Shown: piece after piece, positions 8,859-17,681 of the stretch
Layout: each line of letters opens with the position of its first letter
Position numbering within the stretch: the stretch's first letter is position 1
Virus record (IMG/VR): IMGVR_UViG_3300038679_000375
Span: 1-34,222 of that record
DNA: 34,222 nt
From: a virus
Taxonomy: Duplodnaviria; Caudoviricetes
Strand: one strand, 5' to 3'
The notes under the pieces: model-generated
Seen by the model: only the letters and a program-made list of their open reading frames with translations
What the model was told of the DNA's origin: nothing
Database searches by the model: none
Position numbers and translations under genes: made by a program

Positions 8859-9404
8859 TCAGGCTACGGGGATGTCCTTCTTGAGATAGACCTTGCCGGC
8901 AGTAGTTCCGGAGAACTCAGTGGAGATTACCACAGTAAACAGTCCGTCAGCTTCGCCAGACCATTCAACTGTCCAGCGCATGCCGTTAAAGATGATGACT
9001 CTGTCCAACTCGGTGGATGCCACTACAATAGTCATATCCTTGCCTGAGAACGACCGGCTTTCCAGATAGTCCTTCTGCTTGGCAGACATGCCTACGATGG
9101 TTAGTTCCACCGTACTGGTACGCTTACCTGTGATGGTATAATTACGGGTCTTGAGTTTAGTCAGTTTAGAATCCGTTTTACCGGGTTTCTCTGCCAGTTC
9201 ACCCAGGATGTCGAAGTTGGTGTTGAGTTCAGTCTGTACCGAGGGAACGGTGGCATAGATGGTCTCCACGTCGGCTGCGGCATAGACACCGAAACCGAAG
9301 TAGATCTTATCTGCCACCATGCCTTCCATCAGAGCGGAAAACAGCAGATCACTCTGAGTGGTACCGCTGGGATAGGTAGGTGTGGCTATCGGAGAAGGAG
9401 GCAT
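8859..9404 (-). CDS. Major tail tube protein
   Basis: 181 aa; Thr/Ser/Gly-rich with a beta-strand pattern; upstream of the chaperone and tape measure genes. Confidence 0.7.
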   Translation of the reverse strand: MPPSPIATPTYPSGTTQSDLLFSALMEGMVADKIYFGFGVYAAADVETIYATVPSVQTELNTNFDILGELAEKPGKTDSKLTKLKTRNYTITGKRTSTVELTIVGMSAKQKDYLESRSFSGKDMTIVVASTELDRVIIFNGMRWTVEWSGEADGLFTVVISTEFSGTTAGKVYLKKDIPVA

Positions 9405-9754
9405 TAGAATACTCCCTTAACCGCCCTGCCCAGGGAAAACAGCCATTTGCGGTTATGAAACACATACTCCACAGCACCGCCTATGGTACCGAAGAGCTTG
9501 AGGATAAGACCTGCTTGTTTTGCAGGCAGGGACTTGGACACCCGTTCCACTGCCAGTTGCTTCTTGGCATAGTCATCCAGCAGCTTGGTGTTGGGATTGG
9601 TCTTGATGTCCTGGATGATCTCCAGGATCATAGCCAAAGCAGCATTGATCTTGGTCTTATCCAAAGTCTTACCTGTAATCCAGGCAATGATCCAGACGAT
9701 GAGAGTGGCAATGAGTCCGAGAATGAACTCCTGATTATTAATAATGAAATCCAT
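9404..9754 (-). CDS. Putative holin (LL-H-like)
   Basis: 116 aa; N-terminal TM helix, then 'KKQLAVERV...IGGAVEYV'; AAGGAG SD. Confidence 0.55.
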   Translation of the reverse strand: MDFIINNQEFILGLIATLIVWIIAWITGKTLDKTKINAALAMILEIIQDIKTNPNTKLLDDYAKKQLAVERVSKSLPAKQAGLILKLFGTIGGAVEYVFHNRKWLFSLGRAVKGVF

Positions 9755-9769
9755 AGGTTCTCCTTGTAG

Positions 9770-10156
9770 TTAGAGTTTGTAAAAGATGAGGTTGGCGACA
9801 CTGGCGGTCCCGGCTGCAGCTCTGCGGATATAGATAGTTCTCTGGCTGTAGACCGGGATCTTGAGTGGTACACCCACCGGGATAGTGGCGAATGAGTTAT
9901 TGTTGTTGCTGTTATCAGCTCTGAGTCCTATACTGCCTGTAGCCGGGATGATCACTACTTCGACTGTACCACTGGGCACAGCAATGGCTTTCCAGAGGGT
10001 ATCAGCAGCCGGACTATAGGTTAGGCAACTGAAGCCTTTGTTCATCTGGATGGCGATTTTCCTGTTATCTACAGGCAGGGTGTACTGGGCATACAAACTC
10101 AGGGCTACGTTAAAGACCATCGCCAGCAAGATGGCGATAAAGATGTAGATCTTCAT
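9770..10156 (-). CDS. Signal-peptide-bearing hypothetical protein (128 aa; start re-called to 10156)
   Basis: TAAGGAGG SD before ATG at 10156; MKIYIFIAILLAMVFNVALSLYA-Q looks like a Sec signal with an LYA cleavage site. Confidence 0.7.
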   Translation of the reverse strand: MKIYIFIAILLAMVFNVALSLYAQYTLPVDNRKIAIQMNKGFSCLTYSPAADTLWKAIAVPSGTVEVVIIPATGSIGLRADNSNNNNSFATIPVGVPLKIPVYSQRTIYIRRAAAGTASVANLIFYKL

Positions 10157-10166
10157 GAATGCCTCC

Positions 10167-11912
10167 TTATACGACATGGAAGATTTTGATGAAGTTGGGG
10201 ATGTAGGTGATGCCGGGACGGATACGGATATACCAGTGGTACTTCCAGTCCGACCCATGGTGTTCCACCTTGAGTTCGGCATCGGTGCGGTAACCGATAA
10301 TGATGAACTTGGTGATGCCACCCACGATGTAGTCGTCGGGCATCAGTCTGGCTTTGACCGGGATACCGGCAAAGGACACATTGCCACCCTCGAGCAGCAG
10401 TCTGTCACCGGCAACAGTTTCACGTTTGGACAGTTCACTCCGGATACGGATCAGGTCTTTCTGGGAGACATAGAACTTGAAGTTTTCCTGCTCTTCCAGT
10501 ATCTCATCACTGAAAGCCAGCAAAGCCGCTTCGAAGCGTTCAGCAAAGGTGACATGCACTGAGGAGTCGATGTCGGTCACATCAGTGCCGGTGGTGGCGA
10601 GTTTGATGATGCCGTTCAGGGCTTTCAGCTTATCGGTTCCGGAGGCTCTGTCTCCTTTGAACAGGAGCAGGCGTATGGCTTTCTCGGTTTTCTTAGCTAT
10701 ATGCTGTTCCACATAAGCACCAAAGGCTTGCTCACCATACTTGTCCTTATAGAACTCGACCACATCTCTGCCTAAGGTGAACTCGGCATTCAGGATGCCG
10801 GTGGGCACGGACAGATCGGCAGTGGCTACGGTCTGAGCCGTCAATGCGCCATCCAGGCTGTTCTTGAACACCAGGTCGTCAATCAGCCCGATATCGATCT
10901 TTTCGTCTTTGAGCAGGGGAATGACCGAGATATCGGAGAGGGTATCACCCGGTTGACTGCCCACCACCTCATCGATAAACAGACTGGTGGTGTTGGGGTT
11001 GAGGATGTTCATGACCGACCCGGAATCGACATCGGCAATGCCTTTGTAGATTTCCTTATGTGAGGCTTTGACCAGCACCTTGTTGCCATCGATCAGGACT
11101 TCCATGTCCACATTGCCCTGGTTCTCATCCGGTTCGCCTTTGATGGACTTGGAGATGGCTTTGCTCATGGTAATAGACAAGTCTTTCAGGCTCTTCTCGA
11201 TGCTACGGATGGCATCCGAGACCATGATATTGCCCGAACCTGATCCTTTTTCAAGTTCAGATATACGGTCTGAGATCGAGGCAATGCCTTTCTGCAGTTC
11301 GGTGTTGTTATGCTGTTCGGCTACCTTCTTGAGAGAGTTAAGCTCTCCCTTGATCTCATCCAGTACTGCCTTGGTATCGCCATAGTCATCGGCTTTGCCA
11401 TAAATGGACACACCGTGGAACTGACCCTTCTCGACCTTCTGCCAGAGTTCACTGTTCAGATCTTCGCACTTGAGCACCTGAACCCAGGCTCCGGTATTGG
11501 TATCGGGGAAATGCTCTTTATCGGCTGTCTTGAGGATGTAGTTCTCCACCACGACAAACTCGGGAACGGTCTGCAGGTTATGATTAACATCGTTCTTGCC
11601 GACCAGACCATGCTTGGCGAAGTGGTCGCAGGACTTCTGGATCTCGTTCTTGGTGTAGTAGTCACCCTGGCTGTCTTTGACATCCGGCTCCATGAGGGTG
11701 ACATACAGCCGACCCTGGGTTCCGGTCTTTTCACTTTTGAACTTGATGGAGTGGGACTTGGGTTCGTAGCTCTTGCCCTGAGCTGATTTGATGACAAAGC
11801 CTTTCTGATTGGCAGGGGTCATCTCATCAAACAGCAGGGAGACTAGTTCCACTTCCACGTTACGCAGTTCGCCCTTTTGGACGAGTTTTCGGTTTTTGCT
11901 AAATGGGTACAC
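10167..11912 (-). CDS. Fused XkdF-like prohead protease / scaffold / major capsid protein
   Basis: 581 aa; N-terminal 'VSLL..PAN', 'DSQGD', 'LWQKVEKGQFHGVSIYG' resemble an XkdF-type protease; central coiled coil; C-terminal capsid-like 'LLLFKGD...LNGIIKLA'; AGGAGG SD before GTG. Confidence 0.75.
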   Translation of the reverse strand: MYPFSKNRKLVQKGELRNVEVELVSLLFDEMTPANQKGFVIKSAQGKSYEPKSHSIKFKSEKTGTQGRLYVTLMEPDVKDSQGDYYTKNEIQKSCDHFAKHGLVGKNDVNHNLQTVPEFVVVENYILKTADKEHFPDTNTGAWVQVLKCEDLNSELWQKVEKGQFHGVSIYGKADDYGDTKAVLDEIKGELNSLKKVAEQHNNTELQKGIASISDRISELEKGSGSGNIMVSDAIRSIEKSLKDLSITMSKAISKSIKGEPDENQGNVDMEVLIDGNKVLVKASHKEIYKGIADVDSGSVMNILNPNTTSLFIDEVVGSQPGDTLSDISVIPLLKDEKIDIGLIDDLVFKNSLDGALTAQTVATADLSVPTGILNAEFTLGRDVVEFYKDKYGEQAFGAYVEQHIAKKTEKAIRLLLFKGDRASGTDKLKALNGIIKLATTGTDVTDIDSSVHVTFAERFEAALLAFSDEILEEQENFKFYVSQKDLIRIRSELSKRETVAGDRLLLEGGNVSFAGIPVKARLMPDDYIVGGITKFIIIGYRTDAELKVEHHGSDWKYHWYIRIRPGITYIPNFIKIFHVV

Positions 11913-11936
11913 ATTACCTCCTGTGTATGGTTATTG

Positions 11937-13136
11937 TTATGGGTTATTGGAAAAGTTGCGGTTCTGCATAAAAAGCTGCTCATCAGCAGATTGCAGAGCT
12001 TCTGTAAGATTTCCAAAGTTGAAGTCCGCCGGAGTTACATTCCAGTTGAACTCATAATTGAACTCGATAGCTAAGGTTAAAGCCAGACGTTCCTGCAGGG
12101 GTTTGATCACGAAATGGTAGAACATCAGCATATCGCTTTTGTTATCGCCACCAAGCTGACCTGGGATAAGCTGAGACACCACTCTGGCAGGGACTCTATG
12201 ATAGGCGAAGATGCCTTCTCTCAGGTCTTTCTTTAGAGATAGGAAACCACCCTCTCTGTCCTGCTGGCGTAGGGGTTCGAGCCTAATGCGGACATCCTTG
12301 CTCTCGCTTTCGATCAGAACAGTAGAGTGGGACTTGGCATTACCCTTAACCTCAGTCAGGGCTTTCTCGATCTCTTTATAGGCATCGGTCAGCACTTCAT
12401 TGCCCTGCTCATCGGTCACTGTCCCATCACGCAGGGTTCCACCTTCTACAATGACGAAGTAATCGATCATTAGACCGTTCAGGAAGTTGTTGTAGTCGAA
12501 GGTCTTGATCTCGGACAGAATCTCCACATTGATAGCTATAGGCAGGCAGGACAGACCCCAGGCATTGGACTTGTGAGTGCTCTTCTTGATATGGATGATG
12601 TCGGCATAAGCAAAGTCCCGTTTCTGCTGGTTCTTAGTCTGGATAAAGTTAGGTCGAAAGAACCCAAACTCGTCATAGTTCTCCACTATCTGTACTTCAG
12701 TTGGTAGCATGCGTTCCAGACCCATCCACTGTCCCTGGGCATTACGCATCTTGATCAGAAAGCCATTACCACAGGCGATATAGAACTTGATCAACTCGCC
12801 TAAGATGGTGGTCTGGTCTTCACAGGCAGGGAACTCGGCAGTCTCCATCCACTTGGTGACATTACTGTTCTTGCACTCAAACTGCATGACGGTGGCCATC
12901 GTAATAGCATCCACACAACCGGAATGGTACTCATCGGTGTCCAGGAGTGCCAATAACTTGCTCATGGAGTAGGGTTGGGAGACGACTTTCTTAGCTTCAG
13001 CTTCTTTGGAGATCAGTCGTTTGCCAACTCGCTTCATAACAGCTAAGTCAATAGTTTCAGGCTTGTATTTGCTTTCCAACAGCTCAGTGACAGAACTGAT
13101 ACCGATAGTGTGGTTACCCAGTCGCATTACCTTCAC
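11937..13136 (-). CDS. Portal protein (PBSX/HK97-type)
   Basis: 399 aa; 'CGNGF', 'DIIHIK...WGLS' and 'IFAYHRVPA...FYHFVIKPLQ' portal motifs. Confidence 0.85.
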   Translation of the reverse strand: MKVMRLGNHTIGISSVTELLESKYKPETIDLAVMKRVGKRLISKEAEAKKVVSQPYSMSKLLALLDTDEYHSGCVDAITMATVMQFECKNSNVTKWMETAEFPACEDQTTILGELIKFYIACGNGFLIKMRNAQGQWMGLERMLPTEVQIVENYDEFGFFRPNFIQTKNQQKRDFAYADIIHIKKSTHKSNAWGLSCLPIAINVEILSEIKTFDYNNFLNGLMIDYFVIVEGGTLRDGTVTDEQGNEVLTDAYKEIEKALTEVKGNAKSHSTVLIESESKDVRIRLEPLRQQDREGGFLSLKKDLREGIFAYHRVPARVVSQLIPGQLGGDNKSDMLMFYHFVIKPLQERLALTLAIEFNYEFNWNVTPADFNFGNLTEALQSADEQLFMQNRNFSNNP

Positions 13137-13534
13137 GATGCTGCTCCCGAACCACTCTTCAGCAGGTCCAGCTTGGCTATCCTAACAAGTCTGGTGCCGT
13201 CTATCCTTGATGTGTAATACTCGATATGGGGAATGTCACGGTTGACTAAAGTCAAATATGATGCTCTGAATAACTCTTTCAGGTTATAAAGGGCTAGGTC
13301 AGGGTCTTCCACGTTCTGAGCATTGACGATCAGGTAGACTGTCCAGGCGATATCAGTGGATGTAAACTGGCGAGAAGTGGCTTTGATGCCATCCTCTGTA
13401 TCCAGGATCACAATAGCGCAAGGCAGGTTCTTGGGGATGCTGTCCTTATTGAACAGGATGGTAGGTATGCTGCAGGACTGCAGAGCTTGGACTATCTTGT
13501 CCCTTTGTGCCAGAAAACGCTCCAAGTTGGTCAT
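13133..13534 (-). CDS. Putative tail terminator / neck protein
   Basis: 133 aa; 'LPCAIVI' pattern; follows the gp10-like gene. Confidence 0.5.
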   Translation of the reverse strand: MTNLERFLAQRDKIVQALQSCSIPTILFNKDSIPKNLPCAIVILDTEDGIKATSRQFTSTDIAWTVYLIVNAQNVEDPDLALYNLKELFRASYLTLVNRDIPHIEYYTSRIDGTRLVRIAKLDLLKSGSGAAS

Positions 13535-14022
13535 AACCTGACCTCAATGGAGTTAAGCTGCTCATATATCCACTGCTCACGATTGGTGATTACCTCAGCA
13601 AAGACATTACGGGCAGCGATGCCTTCCCTTTTGATTTTGCCCCGGATGAGATATGCGATCTCAGCGATGGTCAGCTGCTTGCCTGTCTCCTTGTCAGTCC
13701 AAGATAGGTGCTTGCGTTCAACCCAAGCGATCAGCGGAGCTATGGGAGTCCAGGAAGGCACCTTACCGCCCAAAACAAAAGGCTCATGTTTGACATTGGA
13801 ACCGACCCTGAGGGTCATACCGGTAGGCTTGGTTTCGACCAGATAGCCGGTATTGCCATGCAAGTCACCCTTGTCATAGATGTTCTGTGTCAGGATCTCT
13901 TTACGGGCATCGGCATCAATGACAGAACCAATCAGATGCAGTCTGCTTTCCAAGGCGGTATAGATAGCCCGGTAGATCTCAGCCATCAGCTCCTCCGCTG
14001 ACTCAAACACCCTATCTGCCAT
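13531..14022 (-). CDS. HK97 gp10 / Mu gpG-like tail completion protein
   Basis: 'DKGDLHGN...LRVGSNVKHEPFVLGG' resembles the TGxL..S..VGSN.YA..V..G motif. Confidence 0.65.
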   Translation of the reverse strand: MADRVFESAEELMAEIYRAIYTALESRLHLIGSVIDADARKEILTQNIYDKGDLHGNTGYLVETKPTGMTLRVGSNVKHEPFVLGGKVPSWTPIAPLIAWVERKHLSWTDKETGKQLTIAEIAYLIRGKIKREGIAARNVFAEVITNREQWIYEQLNSIEVRL

Positions 14023-14483
14023 CAGATGACTCCGACCCTGATGACCCGGGGAGGTCTAGGGGAGATAATGCCCAGTCTGTCCTTTCCGGCATCGTTCAAG
14101 TAGGCTGTCAGGACAGTCAGAGCTCTGAGCTCAAGTTTAGACTTAAAGGCATCGATTTCCGCACCTGTGAGCAGTTCGGTAGCGGATTGGTCTAATCCTA
14201 CGGTCTTGACGATTCCCTCGCCCAGGGTCTTTAAATTGAGGAACTCGCAGGTGGAATGCAGCATGTAAAAGCAATAGGCAGACTGGAAGGCTATATATAG
14301 AGGATCTTCCTCACCCACCCTGGGATCGAAAGCAGACTGGTAGAAGTTGTCCAAGACCAAAGACCTGATGCTTTCCAGTACCAAAGGTTGATGTAGCTTG
14401 AACACAGAATTGCTTTCCAGATCAACCGGCAGATTCAGAAAAGTCAGCACATCGGTCAGTTCAACTGGCAGGGCAGCCGGCAT
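14022..14483 (-). CDS. Putative head-tail connector protein
   Basis: 153 aa, helical; lies in the neck gene cluster; translationally coupled to its neighbours. Confidence 0.5.
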   Translation of the reverse strand: MPAALPVELTDVLTFLNLPVDLESNSVFKLHQPLVLESIRSLVLDNFYQSAFDPRVGEEDPLYIAFQSAYCFYMLHSTCEFLNLKTLGEGIVKTVGLDQSATELLTGAEIDAFKSKLELRALTVLTAYLNDAGKDRLGIISPRPPRVIRVGVI

Positions 14484-14905
14484 TAGCCTTTCCTCATAAG
14501 TTCTGAAAGTTCAATCGCTCTGCGACCAACCTGCTTTGCCCATTTAGAGGCTAGCATACCATTGGCGGCTCTCTCAAAGTCACCAGAGCCAATGAAAGCC
14601 AAAGTGTTCTTGAATTCCATCAGTCCGGATATACCGAGATTGAAGCACATGTTAAGCAGGACGGATTTGCGGGTCTCGTTTAGTTCGATATACGTAATTG
14701 GAATATGACCCATCAGATCTCTTTCACAGCGCAGGATGTCGTTCTCGAGTAGGATAAAGGCTTCTTTCTGAGATATACCACAATCTTCGAGATTGCGTCC
14801 CACTCCGATGGTGAGTTTGCCTGCAGGACAACGATAAGGTTTGAGCTTCAGACCTTCGTGTCTAAGTAGCTGATCTTTGACTTTCTGTAAGAGGGCTTTT
14901 TCCAT
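14483..14905 (-). CDS. Phage lysozyme (GH24, T4-lysozyme-like endolysin)
   Basis: 'HEGLKLKPYRCPAGKLTIGVGRNL', 'NMCFNLG' and 'SKWAKQVGRRA'. Confidence 0.92.
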   Translation of the reverse strand: MEKALLQKVKDQLLRHEGLKLKPYRCPAGKLTIGVGRNLEDCGISQKEAFILLENDILRCERDLMGHIPITYIELNETRKSVLLNMCFNLGISGLMEFKNTLAFIGSGDFERAANGMLASKWAKQVGRRAIELSELMRKG

Positions 14906-14909
14906 GTTT

Positions 14910-14933
14910 GCTCCAGTAATATTAATCTGGAGC
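14910..14933 (-). promoter_or_regulatory. Hairpin covering the lysozyme ribosome-binding site
   Basis: mRNA reads GCTCCAG-ATTAATATTA-CTGGAGC-AAAC-ATG; the GGAG SD is in the 3' arm. Confidence 0.55.
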
Positions 14934-14969
14934 TATGAAACCACCTGCCCAAAAACTGACAAAAAAGGA

Positions 14970-14994
14970 TGCCTAATGATGCGACAGATTTTAT
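14970..14994. promoter_or_regulatory. Conserved 25-bp motif upstream of the late operon (copy 1)
   Basis: TGCCTAATGATGCGACAGATTTTAT; 22/25 identical to 29033-29057. Confidence 0.6.
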
Positions 14995-15143
14995 GGTTGA
15001 CAAAATAGGCGTTTGATAAACCAGTTAAAATTGCCAAATTTTATTGGGAAACTGGATAATGCCACACATAGTTGGATTATTCGATATCCTGAAAGTAACA
15101 AAGTTATAATAGTTTTGAGTCATTGCATAGGGAGGATTATAGA

Positions 15144-17681
15144 ATGCCCAAGAAAAAAGACCAGACAACGCCAATCGAAGCATACGTACATACAAAAGAA
15201 GAGCGACTGAATAATCCCCCAGTTGGAATGGTAACTCCGGAAAGCGATCCTGATGGTGAGAAAAAGACTTATAGTTTTGACCCGCATATTGACCCTCAAC
15301 TTGATTGGGCAGGTAAAAAGGAGCATCTGAGTTTCGAGGTTCCAACTGTTTCTTTACATGTTCATGAGAGGATTGATCCACTGACTATCATTGAGTCGGT
15401 CAGAAAGCAAGAAGCAGAAACTGACCAGATGGAACTCTCTTTTTTCAATAGACCAGAGGAAAATCCACCTATCAGAGAAGCTATCCAATTTTACAAACAT
15501 AAACATAATTGGTCTAATCGTTTAATAGCCGGTGATTCTCTTCTCGTCATGAATTCCCTACTAGAGAAAGAAGGAATGAGTGGCAAAGTGCAAATGGTCT
15601 ATTTTGACCCACCTTACGGCATAAAATATAGCTCAAATTTTCAGCCGTTTGTAGATAAAAACACTGTTTCTATGAGCGACAAAGATGAGGATTTATCAAG
15701 TGAACCTGAGATGATAAAAGCATTCAGAGATACATGGGAGCTTGGTATCCACTCATATTTAACTTACTTAAGGGATAGGCTTCTGTTATGTAAAGAGTTA
15801 TTACATGATTCAGGGAGTGTGTTTGTCCAGATTTCTGAAGAGAATGTTCACAGGGTCCGAGCCATCATGGATGAAGTATTTGGTTCTGATAACTTTGTTA
15901 GCCAAATTACCATTAAACGTGCTTCGGTTATGTTTGCCAAGAAACTTCTTAATAATGCAGTTTTTTATGTTCTATGGTATGCAAAGAATAAGGATAATAT
16001 CAGATATAATCAGTTATATGAGCCGAAAAGTCTGGCATGGTTTATTGATACTGCTGGTTCTCATTTATGGATTGAGGACTTACAAACTAATGAAATTACC
16101 AAGGTTACAGCAGACATACGTGATACAATCCTTGTTGATATTAAAAAAAATAAAAACCTAAAGCTATTTGCAACACTTGGTATAAATGCCCAAGGGACAG
16201 AAAAAAGGGAGCCATTACATTTCGAGGGGAAGAAGTATTTACCCCCAAATGGAACACAGTGGAAAACGTCGTACAAAGGATTAAATATGTTGTCAGAGAA
16301 AGGAAGATTAGTAGTTGAAGCCAATACTCTTAGATATAAAATGTACTACGATGATTATCCAATAATGACAATCAATAGTTTATGGGAACAAATTGGTGCT
16401 GCAGGTGATAAGATATATGTCGTCCAAACATCAGATGAAATTGTAAAAAGGTGCATGTTAATGTCATCTATGCCAGGTGATTTAGTCCTAGATATTACAT
16501 GTGGAAGTGGTACAACGGCTTATGTCGCAGAACAATATGGTAGAAGGTGGTTAACGTGCGACACATCAAGAATTGCACTTACTTTAGCAAAGCAACGGCT
16601 TATGACCTCTGTTTTTGCTTATTATGAGTTAGCTCACCCAAAAGAAGGTGTCGGAAGTGGTTTTGTGTATGGCAAAGCACAACATATAACTTTAGGAGAT
16701 ATAGCTAATAATGAGCAATCAAGGTCTGAAGAATTGATTAATAAACCAAGTATTGATAACTCAAAAAATCGTGTCACAGGTCCATTCACTGTTGAAGCGG
16801 TTCCGGCACCTGTAGTAAAAAGCATAGATGAGATTGTGAATGGGGTTGAACCAGTTGCGGATAACAGTATAGCTCATTCAGGTGAAACACTCAGGCAATC
16901 TGAATGGAGAGATGAATTACTAAAGACAGGTATAAGAGGCAAGAATAATCAATACTTAAGGTTTATTCGGATCGAACCGTTACCTGGATGCCAATGGATA
17001 CATGCTGATGGAGAGACACAACCAGAGTCTTCGAATCCTTCTGTTAGGGTTGCTGTATCTTTCGCCTCTGAGTTTATGCCACTCGAACAAAGGCAAGTTG
17101 CCCTCGCTATAGAGGAAGCACAGAACCTTGTTCCCAAACCAAAAATTATGATTTTCGCTGCTTTTGAGTTTGATCCGGAAGCATCTAAGGATATCGATGA
17201 GACAAACTGGCCTGGAGTTCAGCTACTTAAGGCTAGGATGAACGCCGATTTAATGACGGATGATCTGAAAAAGAAGAGAGCTTCTAACGACTCATTCTGG
17301 TTGATCGGACAACCTGAAGTTCAGATTGTAAAGCATAAAGATAAAAAATACTCAATAAAAGTTTTGGGCTTTGACTATTATAATACGAAAAATGGACAGA
17401 TAGAATCAGGTGGAAAAGATAAAATTGCCATTTGGATGCTTGATACGGACTATGATGGCAGGAGTGTTTTTCCACGCCAGGTATTCCTACCATTGGCTGG
17501 TGATAAAGAAGGTTGGTCAAAACTTGCAAAAGACATTAAAGCAAGTATTGATGAAGTGCTAATAGAGCAATATCGTACAACTGAGTCAATTCCATTTGCT
17601 GCCGGTGAGCATAAAAGAGTTGCTGTAAAAATAGTTGATGATAGAGGAATCGAAAGCCTGGTAGTAAAGAGGTTAGATTAA
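15144..17681 (+). CDS. mod: Type III R-M methyltransferase subunit (long form)
   Basis: YFDPPY (motif IV) precedes DITCGSGTT (motif I), i.e. beta class; GGGAGGA SD supports ATG at 15144; TAATG overlap with res. Confidence 0.9.
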   Translation: MPKKKDQTTPIEAYVHTKEERLNNPPVGMVTPESDPDGEKKTYSFDPHIDPQLDWAGKKEHLSFEVPTVSLHVHERIDPLTIIESVRKQEAETDQMELSFFNRPEENPPIREAIQFYKHKHNWSNRLIAGDSLLVMNSLLEKEGMSGKVQMVYFDPPYGIKYSSNFQPFVDKNTVSMSDKDEDLSSEPEMIKAFRDTWELGIHSYLTYLRDRLLLCKELLHDSGSVFVQISEENVHRVRAIMDEVFGSDNFVSQITIKRASVMFAKKLLNNAVFYVLWYAKNKDNIRYNQLYEPKSLAWFIDTAGSHLWIEDLQTNEITKVTADIRDTILVDIKKNKNLKLFATLGINAQGTEKREPLHFEGKKYLPPNGTQWKTSYKGLNMLSEKGRLVVEANTLRYKMYYDDYPIMTINSLWEQIGAAGDKIYVVQTSDEIVKRCMLMSSMPGDLVLDITCGSGTTAYVAEQYGRRWLTCDTSRIALTLAKQRLMTSVFAYYELAHPKEGVGSGFVYGKAQHITLGDIANNEQSRSEELINKPSIDNSKNRVTGPFTVEAVPAPVVKSIDEIVNGVEPVADNSIAHSGETLRQSEWRDELLKTGIRGKNNQYLRFIRIEPLPGCQWIHADGETQPESSNPSVRVAVSFASEFMPLEQRQVALAIEEAQNLVPKPKIMIFAAFEFDPEASKDIDETNWPGVQLLKARMNADLMTDDLKKKRASNDSFWLIGQPEVQIVKHKDKKYSIKVLGFDYYNTKNGQIESGGKDKIAIWMLDTDYDGRSVFPRQVFLPLAGDKEGWSKLAKDIKASIDEVLIEQYRTTESIPFAAGEHKRVAVKIVDDRGIESLVVKRLD

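Noticed and set aside
10157-10321. N-terminal extension of ORF 9770..10321
   Set aside because: It overlaps the capsid gene in another frame; a strong SD supports the start at 10156.
1380-14001. Numerous plus-strand ORFs antisense to structural genes
   Set aside because: Shadow frames of real minus-strand genes with no recognisable motifs; only 6418-6627 was retained.
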